In this document: positions 1 to 8,402 of the stretch, in pieces
How the letters are laid out: each line of letters opens with the position of its first letter
Position numbering within the stretch: the first letter of the stretch is position 1
Origin: Escherichia phage dhaeg
Strand: one strand, 5' to 3'
Sequence record: MN850609.1
Length of the DNA: 64,000 nt
Notes under the pieces: model-generated
What the model saw: only the letters and a program-made list of their open reading frames with translations
The model's database searches: none
Told to the model about the DNA's origin: nothing
Program-made: the position numbers and the translations under genes

Positions 1-51
1 ACTGATTTCTATTAATGGGCTTCAGACTGAAACTCTGCTTGTCATGTAATA

Positions 52-76
52 TGCTTTAAGAATAGCGTGTTATTAT
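52..76 (+). promoter_or_regulatory. candidate MotA-type middle promoter upstream of gene 31
   Basis: TGCTTTA-like box, about 12 nt spacer, then TATTAT, roughly 30 nt before the gene 31 ATG; coordinates approximate. Confidence 0.3.
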
Positions 77-107
77 TAATCTATCAACAAAACAACATGG
101 ATTAAAT

Positions 108-431
108 ATGGAACTTCCTATTAAAGCGGTCGGAGAATATGTTATTCTCGTTTCCGAACCAAAACAAGCTGGCGATGAAGAAACTACTGCATCTGGTATC
201 GTTATTGGTAAACTTCACCAAGGTGAAATCCCTGAACTTTGTGAAATTTATTCTGTAGGACCTGATGTCCCTGAAGGGTTTTGTGAAGTAGGTGATTTGA
301 CTCCACTTCCTGTTGGTAAGATTGCTAACGTGCCGCATCCTTTAGTTGCATTGGGTATTAAACAGCCTAAAGAAATTAAACAGAAATTCGTTACCTGTCA
401 CTATAAAGCTATTCCGTGTCTTTATAAGTGA
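108..431 (+). CDS. 31: GroES-like co-chaperonin for capsid protein folding (gp31)
   Basis: 107-aa ORF; [16 protein letters not shown]...[17 protein letters not shown] matches remembered T4 gp31; next to rIII as in T4. Confidence 0.9.
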   Translation: MELPIKAVGEYVILVSEPKQAGDEETTASGIVIGKLHQGEIPELCEIYSVGPDVPEGFCEVGDLTPLPVGKIANVPHPLVALGIKQPKEIKQKFVTCHYKAIPCLYK

Positions 432-591
432 TATAAATAATAATATGGATTGGCTGATGTCATACAGAGCTTTGCTGGTGTATGGGGTTAGCTAATCCTA
501 AGCGGTGGACTACAACTGAGAGACTTGCCGAAAGGAAGTGAAATTCAGAAGAACGTGTCCACCAATCTTTATCTCGAATCGAGAATTTAAA

Positions 592-840
592 ATGAACAAA
601 CATCTGAATCACGCTCTTGAACTGCAACGCAACGCTTGGAACAACGGTCACGAAAATTACGGCGCATCTATTGATGTTGAAGCCGAAGCACTGGAAATCC
701 TGCGTTATTTCAAACATCTTAATCCTGCTCAGGCTGCTCTGGCTGCTGAACTGGAAGCAAAAGATGAACTGAAATATGCTAAGCCTTTGGCTTCAGCAGC
801 TCGTAAAGCAGTACGTCATTTTATTATTACCCTGAAGTAA
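592..840 (+). CDS. rIII: lysis-inhibition accessory protein rIII
   Basis: 82-aa product from internal ATG (MNKHLNHALELQRNAWNNGHENYG...), 18 codons into the listed ORF, preceded by gagaatttaaa; size and position match T4 rIII. Confidence 0.85.
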   Translation: MNKHLNHALELQRNAWNNGHENYGASIDVEAEALEILRYFKHLNPAQAALAAELEAKDELKYAKPLASAARKAVRHFIITLK

Positions 841-867
841 AATCGAGGAGCCGTCGAACTGTCTGAT

Positions 868-887
868 TAATGATTTGCGAATCATTA
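868..887 (+). terminator. perfect 8-bp hairpin (taatgatt-tgcg-aatcatta) downstream of rIII
   Basis: Inverted repeat read directly, followed by tagtttt; AT-rich stem so termination efficiency is uncertain. Confidence 0.3.
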
Positions 888-1193
888 TAGTTTTAAGACC
901 CCGGCAGTTTTACGGTGTACCTCTTGAATGTTATTTTATAGCGGCAAGTGCATGCTACCCCGAGGTGATGGCCAATCGGGAGTACGCCTCAAGGCCTATA
1001 TACCCATCAGTATATATCTTATCCTCGAGAAATCGAACCCGGAACCTTTAAGCTAACGGTGCGCAACAGATAAGAGCTATGATGACGAGGTTTATGGTTA
1101 TCCTGTCGTTAAATATCCGAAACCTATGTTCCCCTTGAGGGCTTGCGCAGGCAACGCCAATAAGTCCTGCATTCTAATTTAAGAGATTTAAAA

Positions 1194-1355
1194 ATGGCTA
1201 AGAAAGAAGTTAAAGTAGTTGACGGAACCTCTAAACGCGCTGGTTACAAGCGTGCGTCTAACAAGCGTATCAATCAGGTAGTTGATAAGCTTCAAGCTCG
1301 TGCTCGTGCAGTATTGCGTGCAGATGCTGCTTGCTTCGGTAAAGTTATTGCATAA
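1194..1355 (+). CDS. small basic protein, 53 aa, below the ORF-track size cut-off
   Basis: ATG...TAA ORF translating to MAKKEVKVVDGTSKRAGYKRASNKRINQVVDKLQARARAVLRADAACFGKVIA, immediately followed by a strong terminator; weak SD. Confidence 0.4.
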   Translation: MAKKEVKVVDGTSKRAGYKRASNKRINQVVDKLQARARAVLRADAACFGKVIA

Positions 1356-1360
1356 GTTAT

Positions 1361-1386
1361 GGGACTCTTCGGAGTCCCATTTTTGT
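1361..1386 (+). terminator. rho-independent terminator
   Basis: gggactc-ttcg-gagtccc hairpin followed by atttttgtttct. Confidence 0.7.
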
Positions 1387-1406
1387 TTCTAAATCTTTAA
1401 AAAAGG

Positions 1407-1435
1407 GTATACATCTCCGGTAGGCATGATACTAT
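1407..1435 (+). promoter_or_regulatory. candidate sigma70-type early promoter (GTATAC-17-TACTAT)
   Basis: -35/-10-like hexamers with 17-nt spacing, directly upstream of a leader duplicated at 1874-1923. Confidence 0.4.
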
Positions 1436-1480
1436 AGACATGTACCAAATAATACGAAAACAAACCGGAGAATAAAATGA
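1431..1480 (+). repeat. about 50-bp leader repeat, copy 1
   Basis: 40 of its last 40 nt match 1884-1923 with one mismatch (tgtaccaaataatacgaaaacaaacYggagaataaaatga). Confidence 0.8.
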
Positions 1481-1845
1481 AAATCAATCTTAACTCATAT
1501 ATCAAATGTAAAGACCACGACGGTTATAAAGCTATTGAAACTAAAGAGATGCAATGGCGCTTGTACAAAGAACAATTTGAATTTGTAGGTTGTATGACTC
1601 CTGAAGGTCCTTCCGATGACTTCTCTTGGAAAATTTTGGTAACAAACTTTTTTACTGGTGATACCTACGAACTGAAAACTATCATAACCGGTAAGATTCG
1701 TTGTAAGACCTATGAAGATGAAGAAACCGGTTATTCTGAAGATGTTACATGGTATCAAAATGGTCGTATAACTGCAGATAACTTGATCGAAAAAATGAAA
1801 GCCAAAGGTGAATTAAATTTAGATAATTGGATTAAAGTTGCATAA
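1477..1845 (+). CDS. hypothetical early protein (122 aa)
   Basis: ORF with strong RBS (ggagaataaaATG) behind an early-type promoter; shares a CMTP motif at the same position with the next ORF. Confidence 0.6.
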   Translation: MKINLNSYIKCKDHDGYKAIETKEMQWRLYKEQFEFVGCMTPEGPSDDFSWKILVTNFFTGDTYELKTIITGKIRCKTYEDEETGYSEDVTWYQNGRITADNLIEKMKAKGELNLDNWIKVA

Positions 1846-1849
1846 AACG

Positions 1850-1890
1850 GTTTACTTTGGTACAGGTTGTGTTATTATAGACCTGTACCA
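1850..1890 (+). promoter_or_regulatory. early promoter inside a stem-loop (PeSL-like): GTTTAC-17-TATTAT with 9-bp stem tggtacagg/cctgtacca
   Basis: -35 gtttac and -10 tattat separated by 17 nt; the -10 lies in the loop of a perfect 9-bp inverted repeat. Confidence 0.5.
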
Positions 1891-1923
1891 AATAATACGA
1901 AAACAAACTGGAGAATAAAATGA
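1874..1923 (+). repeat. about 50-bp leader repeat, copy 2
   Basis: Near-identical to 1431-1480; covers the -10 region, 5' UTR, SD and start codon of the downstream ORF. Confidence 0.8.
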
Positions 1924-2285
1924 ACTACATCAACTTCGAACGTAAATATGTTTCTAACGGTATCGCTGGTTCTTCTGAAGTTATTTGCCTGTGGAAACAC
2001 AACAACGGCACAGTGTGCGAAATCGAACAGTGCATGACTCCTAACTACGTTTATATGCGCTTTGAAAATGGTATCACGGTTTCAATCACTATGGAAGGTT
2101 CTACTTTTAAAATCGCTTTAGACGATGATTTCCGTCAACGTGATTTAGGTACCCATCCTTGCTGGAACGGCGCTAATCGTAAGCTTCTGGTTAAAACTTG
2201 GATTCGTCATATCCTGAGCAACCGTGCTAAACCTGAACACCTGGAAGCAATCTTTGATGTAGTTCTGAATGAATTTGATATCTAA
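1920..2285 (+). CDS. hypothetical early protein (121 aa), distant paralogue of the 1477 ORF
   Basis: Same leader/RBS as the 1477 ORF; CMTP motif at residues 38-41 versus 39-42. Confidence 0.6.
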   Translation: MNYINFERKYVSNGIAGSSEVICLWKHNNGTVCEIEQCMTPNYVYMRFENGITVSITMEGSTFKIALDDDFRQRDLGTHPCWNGANRKLLVKTWIRHILSNRAKPEHLEAIFDVVLNEFDI

Positions 2286-2295
2286 TCTTAAAAAT

Positions 2296-2311
2296 GGAGG
2301 CTTCGGCCTCC
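2296..2311 (+). terminator. hairpin ggaggc-ttcg-gcctcc after the 1920 ORF stop
   Basis: 6-bp GC stem with tetraloop 10 nt past the stop codon; short T tract only. Confidence 0.35.
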
Positions 2312-2326
2312 TTTGAGGAAAATATT

Positions 2327-2614
2327 ATGTTTATGACCACTTATTTCGATACTCGTAAAAATTTCTGTGAAGTTGTTTTCTCTAAGGCAGGTAAAGATGT
2401 TCCTGCTGACAAACAGCCTACTCGTGAATCCATTAAGGCCTATGCTGATGTGGTTTGTCCAGTAGAATTCCGTACAGTCAATGGTCGTGACACCCTAGCA
2501 ATCACTAAGCTCAGCCATGATATTAACATCGACCCTAGCGCTGCCCGCGAAGTCAATACTTCTGACATCTACGGTGGTAATGTTAAATCACATGGATTTC
2601 AGATGAGGTTCTAA
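2327..2614 (+). CDS. hypothetical protein (about 95 aa)
   Basis: Internal ATG 11 codons into the listed ORF, preceded by gaggaaaat SD; the listed upstream ATG lies in the hairpin and has no SD. Confidence 0.5.
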   Translation: MFMTTYFDTRKNFCEVVFSKAGKDVPADKQPTRESIKAYADVVCPVEFRTVNGRDTLAITKLSHDINIDPSAAREVNTSDIYGGNVKSHGFQMRF

Positions 2615-2808
2615 TGCAACTATTCTTATCACAAACCGTCCAGTTAAAAGGTGTAGGTATTCCTGGAATGATTTCTAAGGTCTTGCCTGGTTTTAAATTA
2701 GGTAATGCTACTATTAAAGAAGCCTACACCGTCCTGTGGGTCGATGGAACTGAAGACGTTCGTATGGGTTCTGAATTGTCTGTAATCAAATGTTTGAAGC
2801 GAGGATAA
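2614..2808 (+). CDS. hypothetical protein (64 aa)
   Basis: ORF with GAGG SD; start overlaps the upstream stop (TAATG). Confidence 0.5.
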   Translation: MQLFLSQTVQLKGVGIPGMISKVLPGFKLGNATIKEAYTVLWVDGTEDVRMGSELSVIKCLKRG

Positions 2809-2809
2809 T

Positions 2810-3025
2810 ATGGTTAAGAAACTGATTCAGAAATTGTTAGGTACGGAAATGGTTGAAGTGACTTATCGTGTGACTGATGTTTCTCCTCATACGGCAGACC
2901 ATTTAGAACCTTATATCATGACAATTAAAATGCCTAAACATGACGGTGGCTTATCCATTGAAGACCGACTACCTGGTTATGGTCATTGGGCTGATGTGGA
3001 GATTATCAGTGTCAAAGATATTTAA
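2810..3025 (+). CDS. small protein, tandem paralogue A (71 aa)
   Basis: Shares the frame KLxQKLxGxEMVEVTYRVxDxSP...IISVKD with the next ORF; gaggataat SD. Confidence 0.55.
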   Translation: MVKKLIQKLLGTEMVEVTYRVTDVSPHTADHLEPYIMTIKMPKHDGGLSIEDRLPGYGHWADVEIISVKDI

Positions 3026-3034
3026 GGAACCTTC

Positions 3035-3247
3035 ATGATTAATAAATTATTTAAAAAGCTGTTTGGTTTGGAAATGGTTGAAGTGACTTATCGTGTTATT
3101 GATTTATCACCGCCATATGCTTGCGATGAAGATGCTATTAAAACTGTTGTTATGCGAAAAACATATCGCGGGCGGTCAATTAAAGAAAGATTACCGGACC
3201 ATGGCATGTGGTATGCAACCAAGATTATAAGTGTCAAAGATGTCTGA
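3035..3247 (+). CDS. small protein, tandem paralogue B (70 aa)
   Basis: Paralogue of 2810..3025 with conserved N- and C-terminal segments. Confidence 0.55.
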   Translation: MINKLFKKLFGLEMVEVTYRVIDLSPPYACDEDAIKTVVMRKTYRGRSIKERLPDHGMWYATKIISVKDV

Positions 3248-3698
3248 GTTAGAGATAAGAAGTAACTTTCCGTGGCCATCATGCGCATTAAGTAACTTTG
3301 CTAAATGGCCTTTCGTTATGGATGGTATCCAATTCGGTGGGCTCGAAGGATTCCTCCAAGGATGTAAGGTGAAAAATGTTGAACAGCAAAGACGTATATT
3401 TAGGATGTCCGGGTTGGACGCGCAAAAAGCTGGACGAGCTTATGCTAGAGCTCAGGACCGTGGCACGTTGTTCTGGCTTGGAACCCCGTTTTCAAGATAT
3501 TCCGAAGCATGGAAAGAGCTTTACGAAAGTGCGTATTTTGAAGCAGCGCTCCAGAACAAAGGATTTCGCGATGCGTTACAAGCCACTAAAGGTAAGGTTT
3601 TAAAGCATTCAATGGCAAGCCACCTAAAAGAATGTGATACAATACTAACTGAAAAAGAGTTTATCGACATCCTAAACAAATTGAGAGATTTATTATGA
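3240..3698 (+). CDS. NADAR/YbiA-like (DUF1768-type) domain protein
   Basis: LSNFAKWPFVMDGIQF...EGFLQ and W-x3-YESAYFEAALQNKGFRDALQATKGKVLKHS resemble the remembered E. coli YbiA/NADAR core (FSNFAAWPIKVDGKTW...SEHYFQ); start overlaps the upstream stop. Confidence 0.55.
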   Translation: MSELEIRSNFPWPSCALSNFAKWPFVMDGIQFGGLEGFLQGCKVKNVEQQRRIFRMSGLDAQKAGRAYARAQDRGTLFWLGTPFSRYSEAWKELYESAYFEAALQNKGFRDALQATKGKVLKHSMASHLKECDTILTEKEFIDILNKLRDLL

Positions 3699-4333
3699 AA
3701 CCAGTTATCTTAACAGATATCGATGGAGTATGTTTAAGTTGGCAGTCCGGCTTGCCTTATTTCGCACAGAAATATAATTTGCCTTTAGAACATATTTTGA
3801 ATATGATTCAGGACGAACGTTTCTTATCTCCAGGCGAACTGTTTAATTGTGACGACGAATTAGGCGCACGTTTAATCGAGAAGTATAACCAGTCAGATTT
3901 TATTCGTTATCTGTCCCCTTACATGGACGCATTAAAACACATCAACAAGCTCAAAAAAGACTTCGATTTTGTAGCCGTGACTGCGCTAGGCGACTCAATT
4001 GATGCCCTGCTGAATAGACAATTCAATTTGAATGCTTTGTTCCCTGGCGCATTCAAGGAGATTCTGATGTGTGGTCATTCAGAATCAAAAGAAGACCTGT
4101 TCATAAGAGCTAAAAATACGTACGGCAAACGTATTAAGTTTTATGTCGATGATTTGGCTCACCACTGTGATGCTGCATCTAATATTCTCATGGATATCCA
4201 AGTTTATTGGTTAGCCCGTGGTGAACGCGACTTTAAACCTAATTTAGCCGTAAAGGTTAATTCATGGGACGATATCGCAGCTATCGAATCCCTTCGTAAT
4301 AATGCAGCAGTTGAATGGATTGCTCGAGGTTAA
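3695..4333 (+). CDS. HAD-superfamily hydrolase (putative phosphatase/nucleotidase)
   Basis: N-terminal ILTDIDGV (HAD motif I DxDG[TV]) and C-terminal YVDDLAHH acidic motif; ATGA overlap with the NADAR-like gene. Confidence 0.5.
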   Translation: MKPVILTDIDGVCLSWQSGLPYFAQKYNLPLEHILNMIQDERFLSPGELFNCDDELGARLIEKYNQSDFIRYLSPYMDALKHINKLKKDFDFVAVTALGDSIDALLNRQFNLNALFPGAFKEILMCGHSESKEDLFIRAKNTYGKRIKFYVDDLAHHCDAASNILMDIQVYWLARGERDFKPNLAVKVNSWDDIAAIESLRNNAAVEWIARG

Positions 4334-4334
4334 T

Positions 4335-4607
4335 ATGTTTGTTGTTCATACAATTTCGGACCATGGCCCTACCACTACAATGGATTATGGTCACGTCAAT
4401 CAGTTCTTTCGTCATCAACCTTTATTTAGGATTGCCAAAGAAAATCCTTTATTTAAAGAATGTGTGGAGCAAGGGTTTATTTACATCAGCAAATACGATG
4501 TAAATATGTTTTCCACAGGCAATAATAGAATGATTACCTACAATAAACGCCTTGACTTGCTGTTAGAAGAAGTGGCGTATAATAGAAATCAATCCGGAAG
4601 AAGGTAA
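4335..4607 (+). CDS. hypothetical protein (about 90 aa)
   Basis: Internal ATG 11 codons into the listed ORF, immediately after the upstream TAA. Confidence 0.45.
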   Translation: MFVVHTISDHGPTTTMDYGHVNQFFRHQPLFRIAKENPLFKECVEQGFIYISKYDVNMFSTGNNRMITYNKRLDLLLEEVAYNRNQSGRR

Positions 4608-4610
4608 ATT

Positions 4611-6116
4611 ATGATTTTAGATATTTTGAACGAAATTGCTGCTATCGATTCTACTAAAGCTAAAGAAGCTATTATTGCTCGTGAAAAGGATAACGAGCTT
4701 CTGAAACGTGTTTATCATATGGCTTATACCCGTCGTCTGAACTACGGTATTAAAAAGTGGCCAGAACCTGGATTTACGTCTCAATCCTTTGGTATGATTA
4801 CACTTGAAGACCTTCTTGATTTCGCTGAGTTCACACTAGCAACCCGTAAGATTACAGGTAATGCTGCTATTGAAGAACTTGCTCAAATTATTGCTGATGC
4901 CAAGGGTCCTGACGCTGAGGTATTACGTCGCGTAATGATGCGTGACCTTGAATGTGGTGCATCGATTTCTATTGCCAACAAGGTTTGGAAAGGTTTAATC
5001 CCTGAACAACCTCAAATGTTGGCTAGTTCTTATGACGAAGCTCTAATTAAGAAAAATATTAAATGGCCAGCGTTCGCTCAATTAAAAGCTGACGGTGCTC
5101 GTTGTTTTGCTGAAGTTCGTAACGATGGGGTAACATTCCTTACTCGTGGTGGTAATGAATATCAAGGGCTTACTAAGCTTGCAGCCGAACTTATTAAAAT
5201 GACTGAAGAAGCTCGTCAGCGCCATCCTAATGGTGTTATGATTGACGGCGAATTAGTTTACCATACACCTAAAGTAGAACCTAAAGCATCTAATGATTTG
5301 TTTAGTATGTTTGATGAGGAACTTCCTGAATTAAGTAAGGCTAAGGAATTCCAAACCGTAGCTGATCGTTCTACGTCAAATGGCTTGGCTAATAAAGCCC
5401 TCCAAGGAACTATTACTCCGGCTGAAGCTGATGGTATGGTATTACAGGCATGGGACTTTGTTCCACTGGATGAAGTTTATTCTGAAGGCAAAATTAAAGG
5501 TCAAAAATACGATGTTCGTTTAGCGGCATTAGTACAAATGGCTGAAGGTTTTACACGTGTCGAGCCTATCGAAACGCAATGGGTTAATAATCTTGACGAA
5601 GCTAAAGTCGTTTATAAGAAATATGTCGACCAAGGTCTGGAAGGTATTATCCTTAAGAACATGGACTCCTACTGGGAAAACCGCCGTTCTAAGAATCTTA
5701 TCAAGTTCAAAGAAGTAATTGATATCGCTTTAGAAGTGGTGGGTTATTATGAACACTCGAAGGACCCTAACAAACTTGGTGGTGTCGAGCTAGTATCGCG
5801 GTGTCGTCGAATTACATCCGACTGTGGTTCAGGCTTTAAAGATACTACCCATAAGAAAGATAAATCAGGTAAAAAGGTATTGATTCCATTGGAAGACCGT
5901 CCTGATTTAGACCGTGAACTTCTTATGAAACAAGCTCGTGAAGGTAAGTTGATTGGACGTATTGCTGACTGTGAATGTAATGGTTGGGTTCATTCTAAAG
6001 GACGTACAGATACTGTAGGTATTTTCCTTCCAATTATTAAAGGTTGGCGTTTCGATAAAACAGAAGCTGATACATTTGAAGATGTATTTGGTGATTGGTC
6101 TCAAACTGGACTATAA
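4611..6116 (+). CDS. 30: ATP-dependent DNA ligase (gp30)
   Basis: 501 aa; adenylation motif I lysine in FAQLKADGARCF (KxDG); size and position as T4 gene 30. Confidence 0.9.
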   Translation: MILDILNEIAAIDSTKAKEAIIAREKDNELLKRVYHMAYTRRLNYGIKKWPEPGFTSQSFGMITLEDLLDFAEFTLATRKITGNAAIEELAQIIADAKGPDAEVLRRVMMRDLECGASISIANKVWKGLIPEQPQMLASSYDEALIKKNIKWPAFAQLKADGARCFAEVRNDGVTFLTRGGNEYQGLTKLAAELIKMTEEARQRHPNGVMIDGELVYHTPKVEPKASNDLFSMFDEELPELSKAKEFQTVADRSTSNGLANKALQGTITPAEADGMVLQAWDFVPLDEVYSEGKIKGQKYDVRLAALVQMAEGFTRVEPIETQWVNNLDEAKVVYKKYVDQGLEGIILKNMDSYWENRRSKNLIKFKEVIDIALEVVGYYEHSKDPNKLGGVELVSRCRRITSDCGSGFKDTTHKKDKSGKKVLIPLEDRPDLDRELLMKQAREGKLIGRIADCECNGWVHSKGRTDTVGIFLPIIKGWRFDKTEADTFEDVFGDWSQTGL

Positions 6117-6117
6117 T

Positions 6118-6288
6118 ATGAAAGCTTATTTAGAAACAATTGTTGTAACAAATACAAATACCACCGCGGCCTCTCAAATCATCCTAGAGTTTGAGGATGA
6201 AATAGCTTTTGCCGATTTTAAAGACGTGTTTGATGGCTATGAAAAAGGCCCGACATTCGAAGTATATCGTACGTTGCTACCACTTTAA
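6118..6288 (+). CDS. hypothetical small protein (56 aa)
   Basis: ATG 14 codons into the listed TTG-initiated ORF, directly after the ligase stop; followed by a terminator. Confidence 0.4.
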   Translation: MKAYLETIVVTNTNTTAASQIILEFEDEIAFADFKDVFDGYEKGPTFEVYRTLLPL

Positions 6289-6305
6289 GGCCTTCGGGCC
6301 TTTTA
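6287..6305 (+). terminator. rho-independent terminator (aaggcc-ttcg-ggcctt + ttttat)
   Basis: GC stem with tetraloop and a T tract directly after the 6118 ORF stop. Confidence 0.55.
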
Positions 6306-6338
6306 TGGCATAAATACGGTTATTAAAGAGGAATTATT

Positions 6339-8399
6339 ATGACCGAACAATTGAATGAGGTGTTTGAGTCCGAAGGCACCCTGCCTACTGTAAACTTAAA
6401 CCCAAAACTTAAAGTACCGCAGATTTGGAAGATTGGCGACGCCGAATCCCAATTAGTGGCCCGTATGGTATCTTATGCCTCTGAAGGCGATGCTATTAAA
6501 CAGGTTAAATTAGGTGATAAATACGCCCATGTTATCCTTATGAGCCTTTCAGCTAAAGGTTCTCCGGCCGAACTTAAAGGTGGCTTAGGCCCTACTCCTA
6601 TTGATGCTATTAATACCATTTTCGACGTAGTATTCGAACAAGTTAAAAAGCTTCGTATGGATGCTGTGATGTTCCGTTTTCCAACCAAGAAAATGAAAGG
6701 GCAAGGACCTATTGTCCAACGGATTATCCAACGTTTGGTAGCACAGAAAACCGGTGGACGTTTTAAAGTAGTTCCGGCTATGTACCAATTTACCGGTAAA
6801 CATACTTATATCCTAGTAGTTCGTAAACAAGCTGATATCGAAGATATCAAAGGTATGCCTGGAATTAATGCCGAATTGTATACTAAGGTAGATTCTGATG
6901 TTGGTGAAGTTTATATTTCTAAAAAAGAAGGCCTGCAGGTTACTAAAGAAACTGCTATTGCCGGCAGTATTGCTAAAGTTGAAGAACGTCGCACTGATAA
7001 AATGGTTATAACCAAGACTAAGATTTCTCGTCGCGCTATTGCAGCAAGCCAGTCTTTAGAATCCTATCGTAATGAAAGTGAACTGTTTAAGAAATATGAA
7101 GCCACTGCCGCTGATTTTAATAAACCGGCAACAGCTCCATTAATCCCTGATGCCCAAGAAATGGTTACTAATAACAATTCTCCTGCGGCTAAAAATAAGG
7201 TTGCTAATATAGTAGCTGAAGGCACTGCTGAAGAGTTGCATTACGATTATAAAATGTTTCCTCTTCACGGTATAGGTGAAATCCAAGAGAAAATTAAAGA
7301 GAGAATCCTTACGGCCATCAAAAACGAACCTTTGACATCTGTTAAAGCTCTAGAAAAATATGCCTCTGTTATTAATACCGTTTTCGAAGAATACAAAGGT
7401 GAATGGCTGGCTAAGCATAACAAAACTCGTAAAGGTCAGCCTGATGACGTCTGGAATGAATTAACCGAGTCCAAGTGGAAAGCAGCCAAGACCAAGTTCA
7501 TTAAAAAACGTGTGTATAGTTTTGCTGGTGTAGGTGGTGGTATTATGGTTGATATTACTTTAGGTCATAGTGCAGATAAATACACCCCTTCTCAAAAACG
7601 TGGTATTCGTGAATATTGTGGCTCCGGATATGGCGATATCAATAACCTTCTTTTAGGACGATATAATCCTCAGAACTATGAGGTTATGAGCGAAAAAGAT
7701 ATCGAATCTGCAGTTAATAATTTGGATTCTGCTTTTGAAAACGGTGATAGATTACCTGAAGGCATTACTGTTTATCGTGCACAGAGTATGACGTGGGCCA
7801 TATATAATGCTTTAGTCAAAAATAAAGTATTCTATTTTAGAAACTTTGTATCCACTTCACTGACTCCTATTATTTTCGGCCGTTTTGGTGTTACTCATGC
7901 GGGTGTGGGTCTTTTAGAGCCTGAAGTTAGAGCCGAACTTACCGTAGATAAAAATGATGAAGGTTATACTAAGGTCCAAGGTTCCGGCGACAAGTTGGTT
8001 AAAGTTGGTTGGGCTATTGATGGGGCTTCTAAGGTTAACGTAGTATTCCCTGGGCAACTTGGCATTGCTACTGAAGCTGAAATCATTCTCCCGCGTGGAC
8101 TAATGGTAAAAATTAATAAAATAACAGATGCATCCAATAATGACGGTATAATATCCAACAATACAAAACTCATTCAAGCTGAAGTTATGACAACAGATGA
8201 GCTTCAAGAGTCAGTGGTATATGATGGTGATGTACTAATGGAAACTGGTGAATTGGTTGTATACCAAGATGACTTCGATACTTCCGAAAGCCCTGTATCT
8301 TTTGATTCATTTGTTAAATCTACACGGTTTGACGTACTGCCTCTTTTGGCTTCATGCATAGACCTCTATGACATCCCAGAAAAATTCATCCAAGGGTAA
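6339..8399 (+). CDS. alt: Alt-type ADP-ribosyltransferase, paralogue 1 (packaged, injected)
   Basis: 686 aa (T4 Alt about 682); C-terminal R-S-ExE triad (TVYRAQ / FVSTSL / ATEAEIILPRG); N-terminal LNE motif consistent with gp21 processing; position between 54 and 30 as in T4. Confidence 0.85.
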   Translation: MTEQLNEVFESEGTLPTVNLNPKLKVPQIWKIGDAESQLVARMVSYASEGDAIKQVKLGDKYAHVILMSLSAKGSPAELKGGLGPTPIDAINTIFDVVFEQVKKLRMDAVMFRFPTKKMKGQGPIVQRIIQRLVAQKTGGRFKVVPAMYQFTGKHTYILVVRKQADIEDIKGMPGINAELYTKVDSDVGEVYISKKEGLQVTKETAIAGSIAKVEERRTDKMVITKTKISRRAIAASQSLESYRNESELFKKYEATAADFNKPATAPLIPDAQEMVTNNNSPAAKNKVANIVAEGTAEELHYDYKMFPLHGIGEIQEKIKERILTAIKNEPLTSVKALEKYASVINTVFEEYKGEWLAKHNKTRKGQPDDVWNELTESKWKAAKTKFIKKRVYSFAGVGGGIMVDITLGHSADKYTPSQKRGIREYCGSGYGDINNLLLGRYNPQNYEVMSEKDIESAVNNLDSAFENGDRLPEGITVYRAQSMTWAIYNALVKNKVFYFRNFVSTSLTPIIFGRFGVTHAGVGLLEPEVRAELTVDKNDEGYTKVQGSGDKLVKVGWAIDGASKVNVVFPGQLGIATEAEIILPRGLMVKINKITDASNNDGIISNNTKLIQAEVMTTDELQESVVYDGDVLMETGELVVYQDDFDTSESPVSFDSFVKSTRFDVLPLLASCIDLYDIPEKFIQG

Positions 8400-8402
8400 A
8401 TA

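Noticed and set aside
432-439. TATAAATA box immediately after the gene 31 stop as a late promoter for rIII
   Set aside because: It lies about 150 nt upstream of the rIII ATG, farther than the 20-40 nt seen for the other late promoters here; mentioned but not listed as a feature.
841-1193. Possible tRNA gene in the GC-richer non-coding region (a tcgaacc / ggttcga T-loop-like string near 1030-1045)
   Set aside because: No acceptable T-arm stem or cloverleaf could be built around the GTTCGA-like string on either strand; kept only as an unexplained structured region.
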